NCBI GenBank assembly: GCA_963842855.1
Contig: CAWJHW010000004.1
Span: 72,684 to 136,683 of the forward strand
Source: an uncultured Methylomirabilota bacterium
GTDB lineage: Bacteria; Methylomirabilota; Methylomirabilia; Methylomirabilales; 2-02-FULL-66-22
Direction of reading: 5' to 3'
Length of the DNA stretch: 64,000 nucleotides
Shown here: piece after piece, positions 39,657 to 49,213 of the stretch
How the letters are laid out: each line of letters opens with the position of its first letter
Numbering within the stretch: the first letter of the stretch is position 1
Notes under the pieces: model-generated
The model's database searches: none
What the model was told of the DNA's origin: nothing
What the model saw: the letters and a program-made list of their open reading frames with translations, nothing else
Program-made: the position numbers and the translations under genes

Positions 39657-40130
39657 TCAGCTCACCCGGATTCCGTCACCCGTTTCCGGCTCGCCCTCGT
39701 CCTGGGGGCTCTCCCTCGTTTCCACAGGGATCAGCGGCTGGCCCTCCTCCGCTGGCATCTTGATTTCCCCGTGGAAGAAGCCGCCTTCGGCCACGGCAAG
39801 CGTGTTGCACCGGATGTTGCCGGTCACCCGGCCGCTGGCTCGGACGTCGATCCTTTCGGAGCAGTCGAGGTTCCCTTTCACCTGCCCCTCAATGATCATC
39901 TCGCGCGCGGTGACCGTGCCCTGGACCGACCCGTCCTCCTCGATGCACACCAGGTCTTCGCTGCGGATCTGTCCTTCAACAAAGCCGGCGACGCGCACGC
40001 GGTTCCGGCCCTGCATCGTGCCGTGGACCCTGGTGCCAGTGGCGATCACCGTCTCCTGCACGCCGACCTCATCTTCCCGCCGGCGTTGGGGACTCTCGGG
40101 ATGTTCTTGGCCCGCTGGCTTTCGGGACAT
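39657..40130 (-). CDS. bactofilin (polymer-forming cytoskeletal protein)
   Basis: Repetitive beta-helix pattern (VHGTMQGRNRVRVAGFVEGQIRSEDLVCIEEDGSVQGTVTAREMIIEGQVKGNL) typical of the DUF583/bactofilin domain. Confidence 0.8.
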   Translation of the reverse strand: MSRKPAGQEHPESPQRRREDEVGVQETVIATGTRVHGTMQGRNRVRVAGFVEGQIRSEDLVCIEEDGSVQGTVTAREMIIEGQVKGNLDCSERIDVRASGRVTGNIRCNTLAVAEGGFFHGEIKMPAEEGQPLIPVETRESPQDEGEPETGDGIRVS

Positions 40131-40289
40131 CGGCGCTCTCCTTGTATGCTACTTGGCAGAGGTCCCGACGTGAGATGGCGGCCCCACTCTGGATGGGACA
40201 GCCCGCCCCGCCCCGACGGCTTGGGCCACGCGGCGGAGGAGCCAGGCCGCGAACGACTCCACCGGCTCAGGGACGGTGCAAGCCATGGG

Positions 40290-40625
40290 TCAGCAATTCT
40301 CGCTGTGGAACAGAGCCAAGGCAAAGTCGTGCCCACGTGGTTCTCGGAAGGCAATGCCGTGGCTAATCTGGGTGCCCGGAGGATCGGCCCACGCGACCTG
40401 CCCGTTGACTGCCAGGAACCCCCGGCGGGTCTGGAGGACGAGGGCCAGGACGCTCCCCGGGACGATCCGGACGGGAAACTTGGCCATCAGCCCGCCCCCG
40501 CCGATGTTCCACACCGTGCCGTGCACCTCGGTGTCGCCGAACTGCGCCGCCCGGCCGACGACCGGCACCGACACGGGCAGCCGCACGAAGCGGCGGTGTC
40601 CCACCTCTTGGCTGCGCTGCCTCAT
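40290..40625 (-). CDS. PilZ-domain protein
   Basis: RRFVRLPV ... VWNIGGGGLM (RxxxR plus a [D/N]xSxxG-like motif). ATGA overlap with the upstream receiver gene. Confidence 0.7.
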   Translation of the reverse strand: MRQRSQEVGHRRFVRLPVSVPVVGRAAQFGDTEVHGTVWNIGGGGLMAKFPVRIVPGSVLALVLQTRRGFLAVNGQVAWADPPGTQISHGIAFREPRGHDFALALFHSENC

Positions 40626-41026
40626 CCTCTCCTCACTCTCCGGGGGTCCCCAATCCCTTCCACGCCCTCGGGGACCGTGGCCAGGAGCTCCGCGTGGTGG
40701 AAGGGCTTCGAGAGGAACCCCGCCACGGGCACGCCGGCCATCCCGACTGGGGCCAACGGCTCGTTCACCGCGGTCATGAGAATGCTCCGCGTTCCTGGGT
40801 GCGTCCGGTACATCGCCTCGCAGACCGCCTTCCCCGACATCCTCGGCATCCACAGGTCCAGGAGGACGGCCCGGATCTTCGCCGCATGCTAGCGGAAGAG
40901 TGCGAGGGCCTCCGGCCCGGCCGTAGCGATGAGGACGTGAAAGCCCTCCGCGGCCAGGACCCCCTGGAGAAGTTCACAGGTGAGCTGATCATCGTCCACC
41001 GCCAAGATCGTCCCGCGATCAGGCAT
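40622..41026 (-). pseudogene. CheY-like receiver protein interrupted by an in-frame TAG
   Basis: MPDRGTILAVDDDQ...ALALFR*HAAKIRAVLLDLWMPRMSG...FLSKPF. All receiver signature residues are present (DD, D57, T, K). TAG at 40889-40891 is codon 46. Confidence 0.7.
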
Positions 41027-41245
41027 CTAGCGCGCTCCCTGACCCTGTGCGGTCTGGTGGGCGCAGTAGCCCGCCACAGCAATCAGTAGGAGAGCTTCTG
41101 CGCCATGGACGATGCCCCCTGGCGTCAGCCGAAAGGGAAAGGGCAGGCTGAACACCAGCAGAAACACTGCCAGTGCGAAGTAAGCAACGCCGAGCCAGAG
41201 CGCAGTGGGAATAAACGTGCGGTAGAAGTTGTCCATGGCTGACAC
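41027..41245 (-). CDS. small two-TM membrane protein
   Basis: 72 aa. Its TAG stop abuts the ATG of the receiver gene. Confidence 0.4.
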   Translation of the reverse strand: MSAMDNFYRTFIPTALWLGVAYFALAVFLLVFSLPFPFRLTPGGIVHGAEALLLIAVAGYCAHQTAQGQGAR

Positions 41246-41403
41246 CTCCCTGCTCCCAACATCTCGTCATCGGCCGTCCAGCCCCCAGGTGACTCCGTGC
41301 CCGCCGCGAACGGGAGGCTGGGGAAGCACCCCTCCAGGTTGCCCCAGGTTCAACGATCTCCCTTCCACCCTGTACCTGTCCCCGCTTGTTTAGCCGCCAG
41401 CTC

Positions 41404-41943
41404 TCAGCGTACCGTGAATTCGCTCATGAAGAGTTCCACGGCCAGCCCCGGCACCACGGGGCCGGCGAACCGGATCCCGTGGGCGATCGGGGGCGCATTG
41501 GAACGGCGCTCGGCGTCGTTCCACACCACAGCCCCCTCGAAGGCACGCCCCCCCTGGCGGGCCTGGAGTTCCAACCGGAGGTGTGTGGACGGAGGGAGGA
41601 TCTCCTGGGTGACGAGGAGCAGCCCGCCGTCGCTCAGGTTCTTCACCTGTCCCCGGCCCTCTCTGCCTTCCGGCCCCCAGAAGCTCGTCGGGAGGTCGAA
41701 GGGAAGGCGCAGGTGCCGGCGGCGGGTCCGGCCCTCCGCCGGAAGGGGGCCGACGGTGGGCGACAGATTCAACGCTCGCTGGAGTGGCCTGGCCAAGCTC
41801 GTCCCGCACGTCGGGCAGCGGAGTGCTTCTCCGTTCCCTTGCTTGAAGGCGGCGACCAGTGCTCCCACCTCCCGCTGGTCGAACGTCTTCGAGCCACCGC
41901 ACATGTCACACGTCAGCGTGATTGCTGTCATGGTGCCGCTCAC
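41404..41943 (-). CDS. zinc-ribbon + PilZ-domain protein
   Basis: CDMCGG...CPTCG four-Cys ribbon, then RRRHLRLPF...VKNLSDGGLLL PilZ motifs. Confidence 0.65.
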   Translation of the reverse strand: MSGTMTAITLTCDMCGGSKTFDQREVGALVAAFKQGNGEALRCPTCGTSLARPLQRALNLSPTVGPLPAEGRTRRRHLRLPFDLPTSFWGPEGREGRGQVKNLSDGGLLLVTQEILPPSTHLRLELQARQGGRAFEGAVVWNDAERRSNAPPIAHGIRFAGPVVPGLAVELFMSEFTVR

Positions 41944-42106
41944 AAACAGCGAGGCCCCGGGCGCAAGGCAGGAAGCCGCACCCAGGGCCTCGCATGCCGG
42001 AAGGACGGAGCCTCCCGGATCCTATTCGATTCGTCCCCCCCCCCGTAATTACCTACACACCTTTACGCGCAAGACTGCCCGAAGTCAAGGGAAATACCGC
42101 TACACA

Positions 42107-42150
42107 TGGTGGCCCTATCGGGACTCGAACCCGAGTTTCAGCCCTGAGAG
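42107..42150 (-). other. tRNA 3' fragment (anticodon loop to CCA), possibly tRNA-Glu-derived; att-like remnant
   Basis: The minus strand reads CTCTCAG GGCTG AAAC TCGGG TTCGAGT CCCGA TAGGGCC A CCA. That is a perfect T-arm, a 3' acceptor strand and CCA. No complementary 5' acceptor or anticodon-stem strand lies upstream. Confidence 0.55.
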
Positions 42151-42371
42151 TTCACCTGCGGGGATTGCGGAGGATTTGGTATGAGTGATCGCGAGTAATC
42201 GCGAATGCAGCAGCGTGGCGCGGAGCGCGGGATTGCGGGTCCTTCGGCGTACTCGTGATCGATCCTGGGTGCCCTCCGGCCAGGTCGCCAGGAGGCTCGT
42301 CAAGACCTGGGAGGGGATCTCCGCCTGGCCAGGGGGAACGCCTTGCGTTGGGTCTTGACGGACGCTGCCGG

Positions 42372-43073
42372 TCAGCTTCCGCCTGCCACCTTGGCGACCG
42401 CCCCGATCAACCCGGCGGCCTGGGGGGTCGAGACCTCCCGCCGGATCAGGATCTGGGTCGGCGTGACGGGTTTCCCGTAGTAGGCCGTGTTCAGGCCCTC
42501 CCGCACCGCCACGACCGCGCCCTCGAGCGAGAGCCCGGCGTACAGGCCCTGGTTGCGCGAGTAGCTGACGATGTCTGCGCTGATGTTGGCCGTCGCCCCC
42601 TCCAAGCCTGCCCCGACCGGCCCGAGCGCAATGCTGACGTTGGCGCCGAGCTTGGCGCTGGTGGATAGCAGGGCCGAGACCCCCCGCTCGCTCAGGGCCA
42701 CGAGGACGACTTCCGAGGCGTCCGCGCCCGCCTGGAGCCCGAAGCTCGCCTCCCCGAGGGTGTAGAAGGCCGGGCCGCCCCACTTGCCGCTGGCCACATC
42801 CCGGACCAAAAGCACCCCGCTCCCGCCTGAGGCGCCGATGATGAACGCGCCCCGGAGGACCTGCGGGTAGATGAGCACCCCCCGGGCCTTGTTGACGAGG
42901 ATCCGCAGGTTCCCGCCCAACTCCGGGTCCGCGATGAAGCTCTCAAAGGTGAGGCGTGCCTTCTCGACGAGTTGGTGCGCCTCCTGAACGTCATCCGCGA
43001 TGGCGGGCTGCGCGGCGAGGGCCCCCCAGGCGAACAGCACTGCGGCCACCGCGCCTCCCCTGATCCTCGTCAT
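42372..43073 (-). CDS. SYLF (Ysc84/DUF500) domain protein, secreted
   Basis: Signal peptide MTRIRGGAVAAVLFAWGALAAQPAIA. ADIVSYSRNQGLYAGLSLEGAVV matches the SYLF core. Start taken at ATG 43073. Confidence 0.7.
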   Translation of the reverse strand: MTRIRGGAVAAVLFAWGALAAQPAIADDVQEAHQLVEKARLTFESFIADPELGGNLRILVNKARGVLIYPQVLRGAFIIGASGGSGVLLVRDVASGKWGGPAFYTLGEASFGLQAGADASEVVLVALSERGVSALLSTSAKLGANVSIALGPVGAGLEGATANISADIVSYSRNQGLYAGLSLEGAVVAVREGLNTAYYGKPVTPTQILIRREVSTPQAAGLIGAVAKVAGGS

Positions 43074-43796
43074 CCGAAGTCCCTTGACCTTCCTCACCGG
43101 TCGCCCCTTTCCTCGGGTGTGCGGGCCGTGACGGCTTCGCCCAGCGGTGGTGGCGTCTTGCGACTCGACTGTCGGACTTCTCCGAGGGGCTGCCGAGACG
43201 CCCGCTGCCTCGGGCCCACCCCTCATGTCCCAATGGGCAAAAGAATAGAGCAATTCCGCCCAGTATGCAACGGCTCCTCTCTTTTCCCGGGCGGCGCAGG
43301 GGAGCCTGACGATCCGGATTGAGGCTGCCGCCCTTTGCGGTGCGTCGCCCAATCCCGAGTTTAAGCTCGGATCACGTCGCCCCCTATTGTTGGTATGTGG
43401 TTACAGGATCGGAAGGTGTGAAAAACTGAGTGCGACTAAAACACAAGAGGCTGATTTTGGCCACTCAAGGCGAGGCGCCCAGTTCGAGGCCAGCACGGCT
43501 CCCCAAGCTGTATAATAAACAGAACCTTCAGAACGAGTTTTAGGTTGGAAAGAGATTCCCTGGCTACCTAGGCTGCGCTTGGCGACCGCCCACCAATCGC
43601 TAAGTTGGCGGGAAATCATAAAGACAAAATGTCAATCGGATAGGATCATCGACCGGGTGTTCTTCAATCGGAAAGTATCGGCTCAGGCGGTACCCTTCAT
43701 CTGGGTCTGGGCACTGTGTCCCGGTCGCTCGCCTTGCCTTAATGACCGAAAGCGCTTCCGCATGGTCCCGCCGCGCCCTTGGGGTCGCGTGGCTTT

Positions 43797-44469
43797 TCAG
43801 AACGCCTCCGCCAAGAGGAGCCCGAGGGCTAGGCTGGTAGTCCAGGTAAGCGACGTAAACCGCACGCCATGGCAGATCGGGGCTCCCGGCGTCCGTCGCT
43901 CCGGGGGATCCACCCATACGGCAACGCCTTCCACTATGACCGGCCCTTTCGCGGTGTGCAAGGTGAGGCCGAGCAGGGTGCTCGGCGGCACCGCCTCGGA
44001 GAGGCGGACGAGCAGCCCGTCCCGGCTCATGTTCCCCGTGCGCCCCTGGAGGGGAGGACCCGGCGGCTGCTTGGCCTGACAGGTGACCGGAATGTCGATC
44101 GAGAGGCGAAGGCCAGCGTGGGACGCCATGCTCAGCGGCAGCAGGAAGTCCCGCAGGGCCTGCAGCCTGGGGTGGGGAAGCCTGGGCGAACACCAGCCCA
44201 TGCAGCACCCCACCCCCCGCGCTGGCTTGCTTTCCCGCCCAGTCCACCTGGGCCGCCAGCTCGATGGGACCGCCCTCGGTCTGGAGGCGCACGATGAAGA
44301 GAGTCTCCGGGCTCAGGCGGTCCGCGAGCTCCACGCATGCGCCGCCCTCGCTGAGGTTGTGGGTCCAGCCGGCCCCCACCCGCGGAGACGGGGAGCCTTC
44401 TATCCGGTACAGAATGGGGAGCTGGACGGGATAGCGAGTAAACCGGCGCTCGGTCACCCGGTCAGGCAT
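43797..44469 (-). pseudogene. tandem PilZ-PilZ protein, frameshifted between the domains
   Basis: Domain 1 is MPDRVTERRFTRYPVQLPILY...GWTHNLSEGGACVEL. Domain 2 (LRLSIDIPVTC...GRTGNMSRDGLLVRL) is in another frame. The switch is at CCCCACCCCAGG (plus coordinates about 44167-44178). Confidence 0.65.
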
Positions 44470-45117
44470 GGGCGTTCCCGCAGATCCATAGCTTCCTGTC
44501 TCCCTGGCTCGGGCGATTTCACGAGGGAAGCGCCAGGCCCTGGGTGCCCAGTGGACGATCAGTCCCGGGGCGTCGGAGATGTGAACAGATGAGAACCAGG
44601 GGCTGATAAGTGTTCGGCATCCCTATGCCGTCAAATCGGAAAGAGACCTGAGAGCCGATGTGGCTCCTCGGATGGGGTCGCTAGTCAGTGACTGCTCTGT
44701 GGAGATACCGAGTGGTCGGGGAACGCTTGTCCGACATGCTACTGAACCCGGTCCTGGGTGTCAAGGCGGAAACTTCGAAACTTCGAGGACTTCTGGGAGC
44801 GCCGATCCCTGGCCCGTGGCGTCGGATGACCTCAAATCATTTTCTTGTCGTGCACCCGCCTGCCTGGAAGTCCGTCTCGCAATGGTCCCACGGTTCCGAA
44901 TCTCACTTGTCCCGGGGGAAGGCCACCAGGGAATCAGTTCTGAGCCGGTACCGGGCAATTGTCAGTTGTACCAGGCGATCCAGGTCGCCTGGGCGGCATT
45001 GAGCGCGTCCAGGGGGGCCGGTGGAGATTCCCCCGGCCGTACTCCCCGCTGGGCGAACCGAAACTGGTTCTTGTTCTTCCCTTACGGAGCTGGGCATCGC
45101 AGGGCACGCACGGGCGA

Positions 45118-47259
45118 TCAGGAGGAGAAGAACGCCCTGAGCCGCCGGGCAGACTCCGGGTTCGGATGGTCGAATCGAACCAGATGGTCAAACGTGGGGG
45201 GAGCGCCAGGAGCCGCCGTGGGTGGTTGAACCTGGACCACCCTGCCGGGAACTGCAATCTCTCGATCGCGCCGAATCAGTCGAAGCTTCAGTTTCTGCCC
45301 CGCGGAAAGTCGCTCCTCGAAGGCCGCTACCATCCCCACTTCGTTGATGCTGGAGATGCGACCTCGCAGCCGCTGGAGGGTCTCCCCGCCCGAGCTCTCG
45401 ACTGTGCACTCAACCACCATGTCCGCGAAGCGGCCTTGGCGCCTCGCCCCTTTCTCGTCCACCCGGTGGGGTCCGGCGGAGGGCGGCGAACCCCCCGGCG
45501 AGCCTGGTGCCTCCACCTGGGCCTGCGTCGCGCCAGACATCCTCCGGGTCAGATCGGCCTCGCGGGGCGGGGGGGCCGCTCGGGTTCCGGCCTCCCGGGG
45601 GCCGAGGTCTGGCAATGTCAGGCCGGGAACGACAGCGAACTGGAGGCCTTCCTCGCGCTGTTGCGTCGAGGCCGCCTCAGCCCTCTGGACAGGGTGGTCG
45701 TCCGCCCGCGGCTGCCGCCGCCGTTCTGCTTCGGCGCGCTGAATCTCAAGCTCTCCGGTGAGCGCAGTGACGCGAGCGGCCAAACGTTCGTTCTCCTCCC
45801 GAAGCTGTTGTTCCCGCCCGGCGGATTCCGCTCGCTCTTGCCGGAGCCGTCGCCAGTCGGCAGTGATCTGCTGCACGCGTTCGATCAGGAGCGTCCGCCC
45901 CGCCACGAGCTTGCGGAGCCGCTCGGGAAGCTGATCCGTAGTTCCCAGCACCTCCCGAACGGACTCGGCGAGCTGCCTCAGGCTCGCGAGCTCCTCCTGA
46001 GTCTGCGCCGACGTCTCTGTCTGAAGTTTCACGCGCTGCACTAGCTCCGCCCAGTGCGCCTCCTCCTGATCGGCTTCCCCACCTCCGCCGGCCCAATCCT
46101 GTGGCCCCCCCACGATGGCCGCAATCTCGCGGAGGAACCCCCGAGCGGCTTGCATCGTCGTGTTCAGGCTGGAGAACTCTTCCCACTGAGAGCGGAGCCG
46201 ATCCTGGAGATGTTCCGCTTGGGCCCGTTCTCCCTCCAGGGAACTCTGGAGGCTCGTGATCTGCTCCTGCGAGCCGGCGAGGTCTCTCCGGGCCGTTTCC
46301 AGGAGCCCCTCCGTGCTGGCCAGGCTGTCGCGCAGCGCGCCCTGCTCCTGCTGGGCCTGGGCGGCGGACTGGCGTGCCTGCTGCAGCGCCTCTTCCATCT
46401 CCGCCAGGCGCGCGCCATGCCGTTGGGCGTCGCGCTCCCTCTCGCGCTCCACCTCCTGGATCCGCTGGCGGAGTTCCACCCCCTGCCGGGTGGACTCTGC
46501 CATGGCGGCCTGGATCTGCTGGATCTCCCGGGTGCGGCCCTCCAGCGCCGCCTGACTTTGCGACAGCTCCTGGCGGAGCTGATCGAGCTTCCGCGTCCGC
46601 TCCTCTGCAGTAAGCTGCAGTCTCTTCCGCTCGGCGGTCAGAGAGTCCATCTGCGCCGTGAGGGAACTCTGGAGGCTCGTGATCTGCTCCTGCGAGCCGG
46701 CGAGGTCTCTCCGGGCCGTTTCCAGGAGCCTCTCCGTGCTGGCCAGGCTGTCGCGCAGCGCGCCCTGCTCCTGCTGGGCCTGGGCGGCGGACTGGCGTAC
46801 CCGTAGGAGCTCCCGCTCCAGGGTACGGACCATCTCGCGCAGTTCCCCCGCCTGCCGGGTGGAATCCCGGACCGCGGCCTCGAGTTTCTCGATCTCCCGG
46901 GTGCGGCCCTCCAGCGCCGCCTGGCTCTGGGCCAGCGCCTCCCGGAGTTGGTCCAGGTCCCGCCTCCGCTCCTCAAGGCCGGACCGCAGTTCATCCCGCT
47001 CGGCGGTCAGAGAGCCCATCGGCGCCGCAAGCCCGCCCCGCTCCGCCAGGATCGTACGTCGCTCATTCTGGAGGATGGTCAGGCGGTCTCGCAGTTCCTC
47101 GATTTCTCGCCCCCGCCGACGGAACCCCTCGTTCAAGGAATCCAGGATCGTGACGAGCCCCTTGGTATACCCGATGGCGTCGCCCAGGACCTTATCGTGC
47201 CACGCATCCGGTGGTGGCGGAACCTGCTGTTTGTTATCGGTGGCGTCCGACTCGGGCAT
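45118..47259 (-). CDS. large coiled-coil protein with a C-terminal PilZ domain
   Basis: 713 aa from ATG 47259, with GGAGGA 5 nt upstream. About 550 aa of heptad-like Glu/Arg/Leu/Gln sequence. C-terminal RRQGRFADMVV...GRISSINEVGM PilZ-like motifs. Confidence 0.7.
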   Translation of the reverse strand: MPESDATDNKQQVPPPPDAWHDKVLGDAIGYTKGLVTILDSLNEGFRRRGREIEELRDRLTILQNERRTILAERGGLAAPMGSLTAERDELRSGLEERRRDLDQLREALAQSQAALEGRTREIEKLEAAVRDSTRQAGELREMVRTLERELLRVRQSAAQAQQEQGALRDSLASTERLLETARRDLAGSQEQITSLQSSLTAQMDSLTAERKRLQLTAEERTRKLDQLRQELSQSQAALEGRTREIQQIQAAMAESTRQGVELRQRIQEVERERERDAQRHGARLAEMEEALQQARQSAAQAQQEQGALRDSLASTEGLLETARRDLAGSQEQITSLQSSLEGERAQAEHLQDRLRSQWEEFSSLNTTMQAARGFLREIAAIVGGPQDWAGGGGEADQEEAHWAELVQRVKLQTETSAQTQEELASLRQLAESVREVLGTTDQLPERLRKLVAGRTLLIERVQQITADWRRLRQERAESAGREQQLREENERLAARVTALTGELEIQRAEAERRRQPRADDHPVQRAEAASTQQREEGLQFAVVPGLTLPDLGPREAGTRAAPPPREADLTRRMSGATQAQVEAPGSPGGSPPSAGPHRVDEKGARRQGRFADMVVECTVESSGGETLQRLRGRISSINEVGMVAAFEERLSAGQKLKLRLIRRDREIAVPGRVVQVQPPTAAPGAPPTFDHLVRFDHPNPESARRLRAFFSS
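46239..46798. repeat. internal tandem duplication within the coiled-coil gene
   Basis: The 137-bp segments 46239-46375 and 46662-46798 differ at about 1 position (offset 423 bp). A second shared block, GATCTCCCGGGTGCGGCCCTCCAGCGCCGCCTG, lies at about 46522 and 46891 (offset 369 bp). Confidence 0.75.
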
Positions 47260-47778
47260 CGGTTCCTCCCCGGCGCTCCTAACTACAGACCTTGCGGGAA
47301 CACCCGCGGCCTCGGGCAAGCCGGAAAATCGGCGACTCGCTTCTCTCCCACAATCGGATTCCGTGGGAAGAGAGATACCGCCCGCCGAAATCGGAAATGT
47401 CAACGGATGCCAGTCCGGTCAGCGCCAGCGGCATCCTGTGGAATCCTATAGCTGACGCTGAAGCGGACGTCAAGCCTACAGGTGCACAGCCAGGTGATTC
47501 TGGCGCGAGGGTGAAGCAGCCGGTGGCCCCTGAGATATGGCCTGGATGGAGGCGACGTCCGCGAGAGGGTTTTGCGCTCTCCGAAAAACGGGTCGGGACC
47601 GCCCGCCTCCTTTCACCCTAGCACCACGAGCCGCAGCCCCGCATCTGGCCGAACGTGGGCGGCCATCACTACCACTGTTCTTGACCGTCCGCCTGCCGTG
47701 TGTTACATAGTCGAGCAGTCGGCTTCCTTGGCATCGGCTGTGGTATCCTGCGAGCGCAAGCCTTGCGGAGGCGCCAGC

Positions 47779-48816
47779 ATGGTCGAAGGTAAGTTCCTGT
47801 TTCTTCCCCCCGCCGCCACTCCCAGGGACCTCGATGAGTTGCTACCGACTGAGGAGGACCGCGCACACATTCTTGTGGTGGACGATGATGCGCTGATCCG
47901 AGAGATTCTCGCGGATCAATTGATGGAGGCGGGCTACGCGGTGAGTTCCGCTGAGGACGGCGAAGAGGCCCTGGCGAAGGTGGCGAGCGAATCACCGGAC
48001 TTGATCCTCCTGGATATCATCATGCCCAAGCTCGACGGCTTTGAGGTGTGCCGGCGCTTGAAGTCCGACGAGCGGACAATTCTGATCCCCGTCGTGATGC
48101 TCACGGCGCTCACCGCGACGCAGGATCGGATCCGGGGCATCCACCTGGGGGCCGATGAGTTCCTGAGCAAGCCGTTCGACCGCCAGGAGCTGATGGCCCG
48201 CGTCCGCTCCTTGCTGCGGCTCAAACGGCACACCGACGAACTGGAGAACGCAGAGACGGTGCTGTTCAGCCTGGCCGTCAGCATTGAGGCCAAGGATCCG
48301 TGGACCAACCAACACTGCGAACGCCTGGCCCGCATGTCCGTCACCTTGGGGAATACCCTGAGGTTACCCCGTAAGTTGCTGAGGGCCATGTACCGGGGCG
48401 GCATCCTCCACGATCTCGGCAAGATCGCGACCCCCGAGGGCATCCTGCTGAAATCCGGGCCCTTGACCGAGAGCGAGCGCACCAGAATACAGGAACATCC
48501 GATCATCGGCGAGCAGATCTGCGCCCCCCTGAAGTCCCTCCACTATGTCCTCCCCATCATCCGCCACCACCACGAACGCTGGGACGGGACCGGCTATCCC
48601 GACGGGCTCGCCGGCGAGGCGATCCCCCTCACCGCACGCATCCTGCAGACCGTGGACATTTACGACGCTCTCACCTCCGCGCGCCCGTACCGGCCGGCCT
48701 ACAGCCACGAGGAGGCCTGTGCCATCCTGCGCGAGGAGACCGCCAAGGGCTGGCGGGACGCCCGCTTGATCGAGGCCTTTCTTGCCCTGACCTCCACAAA
48801 CCCGGTGAGTTCGTAG
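47779..48816 (+). CDS. response regulator with an HD-GYP c-di-GMP phosphodiesterase domain (RpfG-like)
   Basis: Receiver (ILVVDDD...LILLDIIMPKLDG...LSKPF) followed by HD-GYP (GGILHDLGK, HHERWDGTGYPDGL). Start taken at ATG 47779. Confidence 0.85.
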   Translation: MVEGKFLFLPPAATPRDLDELLPTEEDRAHILVVDDDALIREILADQLMEAGYAVSSAEDGEEALAKVASESPDLILLDIIMPKLDGFEVCRRLKSDERTILIPVVMLTALTATQDRIRGIHLGADEFLSKPFDRQELMARVRSLLRLKRHTDELENAETVLFSLAVSIEAKDPWTNQHCERLARMSVTLGNTLRLPRKLLRAMYRGGILHDLGKIATPEGILLKSGPLTESERTRIQEHPIIGEQICAPLKSLHYVLPIIRHHHERWDGTGYPDGLAGEAIPLTARILQTVDIYDALTSARPYRPAYSHEEACAILREETAKGWRDARLIEAFLALTSTNPVSS

Positions 48817-49213
48817 CCCCTGAGTCGTTCCCGGGGGCCGGGGGATTTCCCACGCGCGGCACTCGGCTCACGTGACAGTCAGAAGCGTCATGTGTCGGGC
48901 GGGGCAATCCGGATTTCCTGCAGCGCGGCTTCAATCAGCGAGCGGACCCGTCCCACAACCATGTGTTTTCGGGAAGCCGGGAAGCGGCGGCGGGGGTCGG
49001 CTCGGCGCTCGTGCTTCTTGAGGCCCGGCTCGTCGTCTGTAGCGCCATCTCGGCAGGAGGCGGGGGACGAGCCGCTCTGGGCGGCTGCTGTGGACACCGC
49101 CAACCGGCGAGGGCGCTCTCCTTGCCTCGCAATCTAGGCGCCGGGTGTGCTGGCAATTCCCTTTGCGCAGGGGCTGCCGCTCGGGGTATGCTGGCCAAAA
49201 CCGGGGGCCAGCC

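Noticed and set aside
42298-42360. 10-bp inverted repeat CGTCAAGACC...GGTCTTGACG downstream of the SYLF gene, considered as an intrinsic terminator.
   Set aside because: The loop is about 43 nt and no U-tract follows on the minus transcript. It may be structured RNA or DNA, but I cannot support a terminator call.
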